The notes beneath the pieces were generated by a model. That model did not search any database. It worked only from the letters and a program-made list of their open reading frames with translations, and was not told the origin of the DNA. Below are positions 25,512-37,466 of a stretch of 64,000 bases of DNA, one piece after another. Both the position numbers and the translations under genes were made by a program. The stretch is from positions 434,001 to 498,000 of the forward strand of contig NW_026782059.1 of NCBI RefSeq assembly GCF_031769215.1. Reading direction: 5' to 3'. The DNA is from Ylistrum balloti (taxonomy: Eukaryota). Each line of letters begins with the position of its first letter. Position 1 is the stretch's first letter.

Positions 25512-28500
25512 GTATGTTGCTGTAGCAATATCGGTTTTGATACCCTTTTCTTGTGTGTTTAAATTGTTATTAGAACTTGTGCAGATGTCAACATTGTACA
25601 CGTATATTAAATGTATTTGTATATATATAATATGTATATATACATACTATACACACATAGTATGTGTGTGTGTGCACATGGGGTAGACGAATAATCGGCA
25701 CGTATACATCGGCTAAGGGAGTGCATTTTGATTAATCACTTCATATTTGCACGATGCTGAACTACTATATGAAATGTCATATTTCTAAATAAGACTTTTC
25801 GTTAATTAGATTAAAGGGGCACCTGCCTACCATGAGGAACTGGTGCCTAATACTAGGCCTATTAATTTACTTTTTATTATACATATATTTATGTTTTTTT
25901 TTCAATTCTTAATACATCGAACATTGGCTTATTGGGTCTGTTTTGTGTACGGTGATCAATATAGTAGATTATATTTGAAAATCGCATAAAAAAGCACAGA
26001 CTTACGTGGCTGTATCGTTTGTTATTGAATACTGAAGTTCATGTTTGCGATAAGCAGTAAGTGTTATTTCGCTTAAAATTACTCGACACTGACAATGGCT
26101 GATTGACATTCCAAGTATAAATATACATCTTATATGGATTACAGTTTTCCTGAAAAACATTTACCCCTTCCTCCTTCTCTCAAACTCCGGAAACCGAAAA
26201 CTTACTCCCTCTCTTCGCAGCGTCCTGGCCCAACCCCAAACTCCCTTCCCCCACCCCCATTTCGTCTCGGTGATATCTTTATTTGGGTCGGTTTATAAGA
26301 AAACATAATCACCACATTCCTTCATACCATACCTCATCCTTTGACACGCTTTGCCGAAAAAGTATTCAACACTCCCCCTGTTCCTCCGCTTCACTGCATC
26401 CGTTTTCCTGAAAACAGCCATTCGATTCGATTGCACGAAATCAGGTCTTAAGATATTCATCCCAGGATCCATTCACATTTTACACCTTCGAAAGTGGAAT
26501 TTTTGTGGTGCAATACACATCACTAGGCTTTCAACTATCATTCCCCGTGACTGCAGTCACATTACCTGCATCCCCACCCCTGCCCCCCAGTAACCGACGT
26601 TAATGCAAACTTTTTAAGAATTTTGTTGTTAAATCAGTATTGAATTATTTAAAGCCATCAATTAGCTCAAATTTTCCTGTAGCCACATAAATCTTGTATA
26701 CACTGAAATGGAATGTAAATGAAATATCGATCGACTGAAAAGATAAAAATCATATCCTGTTAAAATACCTTGGCTTCGCTGGCACGTATTTGTTTTGTCA
26801 TTAACTGGTCAATCTTAAGCTTGACACATCTATAATCTAAAATAAATCGTGATTTAACTTCATATGAAATTCAATACCGTCTGTCAATCTTAGTATATAA
26901 GCTTAACACACGCTGTATATGTTCACCTGCAATAAAAAATAAACAATATTTGGGTATCATAGGTCGGTTATGGTGTCAGAGCCACAGAGTTGTCAAGGTA
27001 GAAGACAAGATAAGGAAAGGCAAAGTCTGGACTGAATTCTGGGTACTTGTATGTAACAAACCAACAGTTAGATAGTGTTGTAGGTGGAAAATAATGTATT
27101 TGTTAAAAAAAAAAACACTCTGATTCTTTAACGCATGTATAGCATTTATAAATCCAGGCATGGTCTACAACTGCATATTACCTCAACTCGCTACCTGTAT
27201 GTTGACAAAACATTGAAATGAACTTACTTCATTTTATTGTATATGTCATGTTTAAGTTAGCATGTTTTCATTGGATACATAAAAAATATCACAATTTAAA
27301 AAAGCATACAAAAAAGACAAACAAAGGACCTAGATCTTCACAAACTCTGTCAAAAAGACGATCTGAGGTACAAATATATGGTGACATTTGGCAGGGAGAT
27401 TTGATAACCTTTTTGTACTTTTGGTCCTTTTGATTTTCTTTTCTCTCCTACGTGTAGACTAACACTTAGACAACCATAGACAATTGGTCAAGGCCGGATC
27501 ACATTTCCTTGATTTACTGTCGTTGTTAAAATGAACGAGGAGGTCCTTTGAAAATCTAATTTGATCAAGAAATTATTATAATGCAATGTGATTAGACGAA
27601 TATAAATCAAACTTGAGATCATTGATGTATAGTGTGTCTGAGGGTTGTTAAACTTTTGATGTATAGTGTGTCTGAGGGTTGTAAAAATCTTACCAGGTCT
27701 GAAAACATTTTCAGCTCTCTATTCAAAATAATTTTTATTCATTGCTGTCTGCATAGTTAATACGACACAGTACAAGATTTTGCAGACGGTTGTGGATGAA
27801 TCTGGAGACGAATCTATTTGTTCGGCTATAGTGTTGTATATGTGAATACTAATCACCGACTCGTATATGTTATTCAGCAAGCGATTTTTTCAGAGTGAAA
27901 GGCAGGTTCGATTTTATTTTAATATTTTAAACCGTCAGTGCACGTATTTGTATACATGTATAAGTTCAAACACGGGTTTCATTTATATACACTCATGACC
28001 ATTTTACCTATGACAATAATATCTAAACCCTTTGACAAATAAATTCATGGCCCCTCATTTCTGTAAGTACTTAATGGTATATACAAGGTAAGGGACAGAC
28101 AAAGCATGTCAATACATATGCCATTATATTTGTATTAAAGATATAATTGAGTAAGTCGATATCGTCTAAAATATGGTATTTGATCATTTCATACAATGAA
28201 AACATTTTCAGTTAGTTTAATTAATGATATGCCCAAGCACACCTGGGCTAAGACACGTACATAATACACCTGTTCAAAGAACGGTTAGCTTGATAACATA
28301 TAAATTTGAAATGCAATGTTTGAAAAATTACTTTTTTTCTTTTTTTTTTCAAAAGAAAATTTCATTTTTCCCTTCTACCTAAAGCATTTAATTTTGTTAT
28401 ATATATTTTTAAACTATATGTTAAACGAATATTTGTGGCGAATGGTGTGTTTTCTACCAATTCTTTGAACAAGTGAACCCCCGCCCTATTATATAGTCTA

Positions 28501-29016
28501 AGCCATTTATTAATACACACAATTGCCCATCAAATTTATGTAACTTTACACGCTCTATATTATGATTATGACAATATCATAATGTAATCTAAGAATGCTT
28601 GACCCATATCGATGAAGTTTTTAAATTTCAAATATGCTTGGTTCCTTAACGCTAGACAATAGTACATCAGTTTTGTTGATGTCGGCAAATATTTTATGGA
28701 ATTTGTTTACATTTACAAATCTAGATTTGATCAATATATATTTCAATGGTTTGTGAATGTAATGCCCGTGGTTTGTGTGGCCAGAAAGCCATTAACATTG
28801 TCAACAAATATGTAAATACTGAGAAGGATCCATTATAGGTATAATATATACCTCAACACTGTCCCAGCATTACTGCTGTACCGAGACTGTTTAACCGGAC
28901 TATAATTAATCAATACTGAATTGACTAAAATATGAAGATCACTGATAATTTCAAATTATATCAGGAATAAAAACGATCGAGAATATTTCTGACACTACAT
29001 GATTGATTTGGTAATC

Positions 29017-29210
29017 GGGTGGCGCAGTAGTAACGTACTCGCCTTCAGTCACCTAGCGGTCCTGGGTTCGATTCCAAGAACGACGTGAAAAGGTATAGGG
29101 TTCACCTGCCTGACCACGTGGGTTTTCCTCGGGTACTCCGGTTTCCTCCCACAGAAAGACCCCCAGCGCGCTTCTATCCGGGTCAATAAGAGCGGTTTAT
29201 ATAGACTGAT
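29017..29210 (+). mobile_element. tRNA-derived V-domain SINE
   Basis: A-box TGGCGCAGTAG (29020), B-box GGTTCGATTCC (29065), V-SINE core GTGGGTTTTCCTCGGGTACTCCGGTTTCCTCCCAC (~29118-29152). Confidence 0.8.
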
Positions 29211-29329
29211 AATTTCTTTTGCAATTGTTGTAAAATAAATGAAATTTATAGATATATATATTTATTGATGATGAGGACCATACTTTGGGTTGTCGGAAAC
29301 AAAATGAACATCACAGGGAACACCTTTAA

Positions 29330-29480
29330 ACAAGGCATCGAGTTTGAATCCTCGATCGGACGCGCGGAGTCACATGCCCCACTAAATGGGTTTCCCCGGG
29401 ACACTCTAGTTTCTTCATGCAGTATAACCCATCGCTCACTACCGTCCCACAGGAACTTGACGCGAATTTCCAACCCACGG
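29330..29480 (+). mobile_element. Second, more diverged V-SINE-like fragment
   Basis: B-box-like GAGTTTGAATCC followed by degenerate core TGGGTTTCCCCGGGACACTCTAGTTTCTTC. Confidence 0.5.
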
Positions 29481-31952
29481 CCCATACACATGCATATGTA
29501 TTCAAACTATTGATGACTTCAAGTGCATCAAAGTGCAGCATCTTTATTGTCATAAATAACTCACGAGAAATAATAACGGAAATTAAAAACGTCTTATTGA
29601 AATTACTCGTTAATGTGAAGTACACTTAAAAAAAATAAACAGGTGATTTTCGTTTAAATGATGAATTGTACTGATTTCAATTAGCAACAAACAGCTTCAA
29701 TTATAATTTAAATTGAGCAATGTCAGTTCGTAATATCATGTACGAATGTAATGACTGTTAGGTCGCTTTCAAGTCTTATGTCAAAGGTGAGTCCTCGGTC
29801 ACCTGCCAGTGGCATACTTTCTCGTGACCGTGTATGTTTCTATAGAATAAATTGACAGCCTGCCTAACTCTATACATAAAATTGTAACAGCGTCAGTCAC
29901 ATTTGTACGACTAGATTATGAATATTAATCACCTTCAGAGATCTTATTTTGATAATGAACTCAGAGAATTTATCTCACAAAAACATTGCTTATACAGGTT
30001 TCTGAAAAATTACCGTTTCAATTATCTGTGAATATCATATATATTTATTTTTCGGATTTTTTTGATGGATGTAACGAAAATTAATTTCCAGTCTGACTTA
30101 TAAAAGGAATAAATCAATACTAGATTATATCACATGATCCGCCTGTTATCCAGTGTGTCGGTGTGTTATATACCATGGATAGCTTTTCCTTGTTTGCGCC
30201 ACACAGAAATCGAACGTGATGTCATAATATCAACAATGACTTTACACCATAAATTGAACATGGTACATCAAAATGGCTACCTGTGTTTGATTTTGTCCTT
30301 TTCATCTTTACTTTAAAACATGTCAACCTGTCGCGAAGCTTACAATCTCATGTAATGGAAAACTCTATTAGACCCTGTTTTCTTAACCTTCTACGTCGTT
30401 GATCCTATAATCTGATACCTTTAAACATCCACCAGTTATAGGATTCTATACACTTTGTAAAATCTTGGTCAACAAATATACAACCCTTGATACTTATTAA
30501 CCTTCGCGAACCAACGATAAATAAAGCCAAATTATTTCACTCACTTTTTGTGGTAATAATGTAAGTTTGTGTGCTTTTCAGAAAGCTGACATTTCAATAT
30601 TTTTAAGCAATTTGTATTTCTTTGCAAAGGCGTCTTTGTGTTCTTTGCTCAACAAATGAAATATTTTTTAAAACTTTAAAGTTTTCAGCCATTAATTGTG
30701 TATAAATCAACTGTATATCGTATAGTTTTTTTAGATAAATGATATATTTACATCTATACTATATATTATATAATTTATGTAATTAAGTCTTGCTTTTAAT
30801 AATGATAAAAAGACTGTCTATAAACTCTAATTCGGAGGACGACCGGAAGAGAAATATGTGACCTCTGCATATAAATATCCGACCAAATAAACAGGGTTGT
30901 TCTGTTTCACGAACCGTATACAAGAAGCTATGATATATTCATGACTTTGAAGGTGAAAAATAGGAGAAACATATGGGGAAAATAAATAAACGACAATTAG
31001 ATCACGTGTATTTGAATTTTAGCTCACAACTGTAAACAAATACCACACCTGTCTCCATGATACTCCAAAGCTGATGGTTATCCATTGGTAGATTTCAAAG
31101 AGAAATAAATTTTTATCTATAACTATAGATCTGTTGTGCTGTTTCTATACACGCCCACTTTGCCGCATTGTATATCTAGGATAACGACCTGGGGGTATTT
31201 TCGAAGAGAATTGATGAATCTTGGGACAGATATACAAACTACAGACCACAAGTATCACAGATACGTCAAACAGTATGTTACATTTAAAATTGGTTTCAGT
31301 ATCGATTTTCTAGTTACCTGAATACAAGTTTCCGGGCGAAGGAAGCAGTTAAGTAGGGACACTAGGCAGTGGTCAGACGTGATTATTTACCACTTAAAAG
31401 TGTCAGCGAATAAGTGAAGTAAACAAGATGGTGTTTTATCTGAAGACAGAAAAATCGATGAGGGAAGAAAATGAATTAAATAAAGATCGATTTCATAATT
31501 CATTTATGATATATTGAGTAGTACAGTAGTAAATATGGTCCGTTGTTTCTTAAGGTATTGGTTTAGCTCTCGTAAGACCAGTTCTCTCAGGTGATATTCA
31601 CTTGAGTGTCATTTGTACAAGCTTCGAAATAGCAGGTGTTAGACACTGTTAGTCAATTTTAGCGTTCCTTAGGCGCCTACTGCGTTTTAGATTTAGGCCC
31701 ATAGCATCACTGGTAGTGGTAGAAGGACGAAACATGTGAACGAGTAAATTCAATATATTAATGTTGCTATATTGCATTTAATTCAAAATTCCTATTGAAA
31801 TGTGCTGCCCATTTTTGTGTCTTTGTCCAATTCTAGCCGGAAAGTATCTCAACGTGACACCTAGCGGAAACTAAACAAACTATAATAAGAACTTAGTATT
31901 TCATGCTGTGTCGACTACATTTTATATTGTTATTTCTGAATCATTTACAGAC

Positions 31953-33972
31953 ATGGACGGTTCCGCGGATCCCGTGGGACCTCCAGAGGACCAAAACGTT
32001 CCACAGGAGAATTCCGATGATGTTCCGAATGACGTTCGGGAAACTTCGCAGGAATTGACAGAAATTGATGAAGAACCGGAACCAGAACCGCTAAACCTAG
32101 ACGACTACTTATTTGATGACGGACAGAACGTGACAATTGATCTGAATGAACAGATGTTGATGGTCGTTCCGGATGGAGTATTTTCTTTCGAAAAACTCAC
32201 ACATCTGATGCTCGGAGACAACGGTTTAACCAGTCTCCCGGACGAAATAGAGAGACTAGTAAATTTAGAGATTCTCGAAGTGCCAAACAATAACATAGAT
32301 GTCATTTCTAATAGCATATATCTACTATATCATCTTCGTGTGCTAGATTTCTCCAATAACGAAGTTACTGAAATACGACCGGATATTGCAAGTCTTCTTG
32401 ACATGCGCGAGCTGGTATTCAGCGGAAACAGACTGACGCGCATTCCAGCACAAATTGGATACCTGGAACAGCTCGAGTATCTAATTCTTAGTGAAAACAG
32501 GATTTCCGAACTTCCCAACACGATCGGCCACTGTCAAAATCTAAAGGTGCTTGCATTGGAGAGAAATATACTCGACTTTATCACGGCGGAAGTGTGTAAA
32601 ATTGAGGAACTGCGCAGACTCGCATTATCAGGAAACCACATAACAAACTTACCGAGAGAAACGGAAAACTTTGCATGTCTAGAACAACTTCTTTTAGACG
32701 ATAATGAGTTTGAGTTTGTTCCAATTCAGGTATATTGGATGGAAACCCTGACGGAACTTGCTCTGAGCGGCAACAAATTAAAGGCGATACAACCGGAAAT
32801 TGGCAACCTCAAGAATCTTACAATATTAGGACTTAACAATAACCAGATCGAGGCCATTCCTGACGAGCTATGTGATCTACATTTAATAGAGGTGTTGGGT
32901 CTGGAAAACAACCAGATACGGGAAATCCCTGATAATATCTCCAACTTGTACAATCTCAAGGAAATTTACGTCGGGAACAATTACATCAAGGAAATTCCGG
33001 AGAATCTTTGCTGGTGCTCGAATCTGGAAGTTCTAAGCTTGCTGAAGAACCAGATTTCCGACCTCCCAGTGGAGCTGGAGAATCTCCGTCACTTACATTC
33101 TTTAGTGCTAACAGACAATGTTTTCGAGGTTCTTCCTCCAGCTATCAGTTCCCTTCACGGTATGGAAATATTTCTCTCTGATGGTAACAAAGTCTCTGCA
33201 CTTCCAGAAGATTTTGGAAGTTTGAGTAAAATGAAACAAATTAATCTTAGCAGAAATGCGTTCACAGAGTTTCCCGTATCGATGTGTTCACTCAGAGGTC
33301 TAGAGGTTTTAGACATGAGACACAATCAGCTACAAGCTATACCAAAAGACGTTTCGAGATTTGATCGAATGCGTGTTCTGAACTTGAGCAATAATCAGAT
33401 CCGCACACTAGACCCTGATTTTTGTGGCATCAAGAACCTCCATGTTTTGGATCTCTCTGACAACTTACTTGACGATATTCCTGAAGAATTTGAAGGAATG
33501 AATGAACTCGCTGATTTGGACATTTCAAATAACCAGTTCTTACAATTTCCCAAAATAGTGTTTGCTATACCAAATCTTGAACGTCTGAAATATGACCAGA
33601 GGAACGGACATCCGACTCCTTCACTTCCGGATGAGGTTGAGTTTTCTGGACTTTCCTATCTGATAGTGTCCAATAACACACTGAGAACACTCCCGAACAC
33701 CATCAACGGCATGAAGAACATCCAGTCCTTCGTAGCGGACAACAATGACATTTGTGTTTTGCCTGAGGCTCTCTGTGAACTAAAAAATCTCAAAGTGCTA
33801 CATTTGAATAATAATTCGCTGACGTCACTTCCGGAAAATTTCGACAACCTTTCGGGATTAAAGGACCTGCGCCTCTACAACAACCCACTAAAGACGCCAC
33901 CGATGGATATTTGTGTTAGTGGCGTTATGCAGCCAATTGGTCGATTCATCAGACGAGCGATGGAGCGTGAAG
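31953..33972 (+). CDS. LRRD1: LRRD1 exon 1: acidic N-terminus plus ~25 LRRs
   Basis: acceptor tttacag at 31949-50, ATG at 31953; open frame 2020 nt; phase-1 donor G|GTTAGT at 33973. Confidence 0.93.
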
Positions 33973-35398
33973 GTTAGTTCTGAATTTATATTTACATTTG
34001 CACGACAATGTGACTGTAGACTATACATAACAGAAATAAATACAATTAAAAATTAATGAAGAGCATCCAACCGTGGCCATTATGACGTCATTGTTGTTGA
34101 CTTAGAAATGACATGAAAATGATTGTTCCACTTTGTGGGTGACGCTTTGGGTAATTAACAATTTGAATCTAAATGTAGTTACACTTTGTGCAACGAAGCG
34201 CAAATTTTATGTTTGCACGGAAATTTTATCCTTCCTTCAAATTGGTTGTTTTCGGCCAAAGATATTCGGGTATGGTAAATGGTAAATGGAGCGATATGAG
34301 GTTAGAATTGTTGGTTAGTCTTTATAATGTCTAGAGGTTCCATTTCGTAGTATCAAGTTGGACGTGTTTGATGCTCGTGAGTATACCTAGTGGTTCCGTT
34401 GAAGTCTAGCTACAATGCTGAATGAGATTGAGCAAGATTTACATTGCAGCCGTCCTTGATAAAGCGGAAGACGCTTACCATTCCGTAAAACTTTATTCTC
34501 CTTGTACGTTCTCTTTGTAAATCTTTCTGTTGTTCATATTTTGCTCTAGTTTCATCGAATTTGTGTTTGAATGAAGATTCTGTTAACATGTTGGTATTTT
34601 CTTTGTTGTCACAGTCATGACTTTTCTAAACGCACATGCCGACAAGTATGTTATGTTTGATCAAAAATCCTATCAAGTTTGGTTTGGTTTATTTTACATC
34701 CTATCAACAGCTAAGGTCATTTCAGCCTTCCAAATTTTCGAGGGGTTTGAATGTGATGATTTTGTGGACAATGTACAGTGAACTTGGTTGAGAAATCTTT
34801 AATATTGGCCAAAGTATTACGTAAATCTCTCGACTTGAACATGTTACATGATAATGTCGTCGATGAACTAGAAGACGCTTACTCTTCCGGAACACATGGT
34901 CTTAATGTACTTTTTCAGGAGTCGCCGTGTAAATCTTTATTTTGTTCATATTTTACCCTAGTTTTATGGAATATGAGATTGAATTATGTTTATGTTGCCA
35001 TGTTGGTATTTTGTTGTTTTTTATTTTTACAAGTGCAATTCATAGTATCTAGATATATATATATTGCTTTCATGTTACAATTTTCTGATTTCCTATCAGA
35101 ACTGTTGCTGTTGAAGATGTTTGAGGAGATAAAGACTTCCCTGGATAAGAATGAGATTCGATACATGATGAAGAAGTTCCGATTCCCGGATACGAAGATC
35201 ACAGAACTGGAACAGACATATCACGGGAAAGACAGGATACAAGAAAGAGTGTACAACGCCATGTTGTTTTGGAAGGACTTCAAAGGACCCTTGGCAACCA
35301 TTGACGAGTTGATCCGGGTATTTCATATCGTTGGTTACGAACAGTTGTGCTCGAAACTAAAATCAATGAAAATTTTCTCCCAGAGATTGAGGTTTTAA
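31953..35398 (+). CDS. LRRD1: Leucine-rich repeat and death domain-containing protein 1 orthologue (2 coding exons: 31953-33972, 35100-35398; ~772 aa)
   Basis: ~25 23-aa LRRs, one atypical repeat (LKYDQRNG), NPLKTPPMDIC cap, then a death-domain exon ending KIFSQRLRF. This matches the recalled human LRRD1 layout (SQIKG repeat, NPLLRPPVEIC, ERDEKIL, LFTRAIKF end). Confidence 0.85.
35100..35398 (+). CDS. LRRD1: LRRD1 exon 2: death domain
   Basis: acceptor ctatcag at 35098-99, phase 1; LLLKMFEEIK...RVYNAMLFWKDFKGPLATIDELIRVFHIVGYEQL (death-fold W and helical pattern); TAA at 35396. Confidence 0.88.
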
Positions 35399-35597
35399 AG
35401 TGTTTACTAGCCTTGGATATGTATGTGTCTGGTAGGTGTTCTTCGATAGCATATCGGGAAAGATCAACAACGAGGAAAGTTCGACCACCTCTATTGCGAG
35501 AAGGCAATATGATTAATTCTTAATTGTCGTTTCCTTCATGTTAACACTTAACCAGGTGTATAGAAAATTGACATTTTTATTAGTTAGACTTTCTATT

Positions 35598-35603
35598 AAT
35601 AAA
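35598..35603 (+). promoter_or_regulatory. Candidate polyadenylation signal for LRRD1
   Basis: AATAAA ~200 nt after the stop codon. Confidence 0.35.
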
Positions 35604-37417
35604 TCACTATTTACAAATTTCATGACCGGAAACCAAATGTAGGGCTTTCAGCTTGCAGATCCGAAGTTTTTAAAATGTCGGAACGTCACAGGATAGCTAT
35701 ATCTGGTGTACGCTGTCCAATTAAAGCTTTGATTTATTACCTAACCCATGTTTGAAGCAGAAACTGAATTACTCGCGTCCTGTCACAAAGTGGTACATGT
35801 AAACAACCTCTGTTTCAAGTCCTTGAAAAAACCTACTGTACTATTTTTCGAGGACAAAAACAAGAAGAGCTGTTAAGGCGACAGATAACACAGTCAGTGA
35901 CCAATCTACCCAAGTCCGTATAGTTCAAGGACGCTGTAAATACGCTAGAAACAATATCTCTTTTAGAGTTAGCGTGACAGAGTTAGGGTTAGAATTTTAA
36001 ACATTTCCTGGTCCCATAAAATGGCTTTCCTGATTTTATCAGATATTAACCGATAATATATTTGATAAAGTTAGCTTTTAACCCTGATTGGTCTCTTTCT
36101 TTTGATACAGGAGCTGGCTGTAAGTTTCAACAAAAAATTTACTCAATATCGACGAACACGGTGTTTTAAGTATTATTGTCCTCGTTTGACAGTAACATGA
36201 AAATACGTGATCAATATGCTAATATGATGTTGATAGAATGTTTCATGGTCGCAGGCATGATGGAAATCTTCTGCTTCAGGTAGAAATTAAAATTATTCCT
36301 CAGCATGTCTCTGTAACAGTTACATATGTATATACATAAACATATTTTTCAATTTCAGTTGAACCTCGACGTTTATCTTCCGGTGTATGTACTAGTCATT
36401 CTGATATATAACATTAGCTCTTTTAATATTCATGCATGTGTAAAATTGTTTAGAAATACATTTCATATTTTCTATTTTTTTAACCAATTTCAATACTTTT
36501 TAAAAACAGTTTATGACATATTGTATAGTACTTTTTCACTTGTTTTCTTTTACTTTAAGCATTTATCTATAGAAGCTTGTATTACTTCAACTCATTATAT
36601 ATCACCTAGTCTTTCCGGTATCTCGTTCTTTTCTTTTTTAACGTTTTAAGTAGCTTACCTCAGTAATAGAATTACATATATTTTCTACATATGAATTTTT
36701 TCTGTGATATTTTTTTCATCGAGAGTGCTATGGAGGTTTTATTTTCAATAATTGTCGAAATCGATTTTAAATCATGTTCAATTAGGATAATTGGACAGAT
36801 AATGATGGAACTTTATCATCCTAACAAGAGTACTATTAAAGTGGGCGAGCATTGCGAACTTGTCAACAGAAACGTGCGCAAATGATTTCTAAAATGTAAA
36901 TGTATTTTTTAACTCTTTATTGGCTGGACTTAATCACTTGTTAAAATATACACGTATACTGTATGTAGCTCGGAGATATTTGAATATATTTCCACCAACA
37001 AACTAAAAAAGAAATGTTCAACCGACTTGAAATATTTATTGTTATACTCCTCTGAACTTTTTTTTTATATTTTTTTTCTCGTGATCTCATTACCTTACTA
37101 CCTTCTGCAATGACACTTGTTTTCAGTCACTACCGCAGGGTCAGATCATCGTGTTATCAGTGTCATAACAGCAGCATAATGTTATGGATATATTAGAAGC
37201 ACGTGCACGAAGATTAGCCTCGAATGACCTGTAATTTATTGAAATAATTTTATACTCTTAGGAACTCGTTATGAAATTTCCCCCAATAAACCAACGCAAG
37301 CGGAGTGACTCTTCTGAAAGATTAAATGAATTCGTTGGAAATTACGTATACAGGATTAAACGTCATCGCAACTGATCTAGGAGTCAGGAGTGACACCAGA
37401 AGTGAAAAATAAATTAC

Positions 37418-37466
37418 AGAGAGAGAGAGAGCGAGAGAGAGAGAGAGAGGAGGGGGGGGGGGGGGC
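37418..37466. repeat. (GA)n microsatellite followed by a poly-G run
   Basis: direct reading. Confidence 0.9.

Noticed and set aside
34778-35099. N-terminal extension of the 206-aa ORF as a separate gene
   Set aside because: The upstream part is the pyrimidine-rich intron; the phase-matched acceptor at 35099 joins the domain to the LRR exon.
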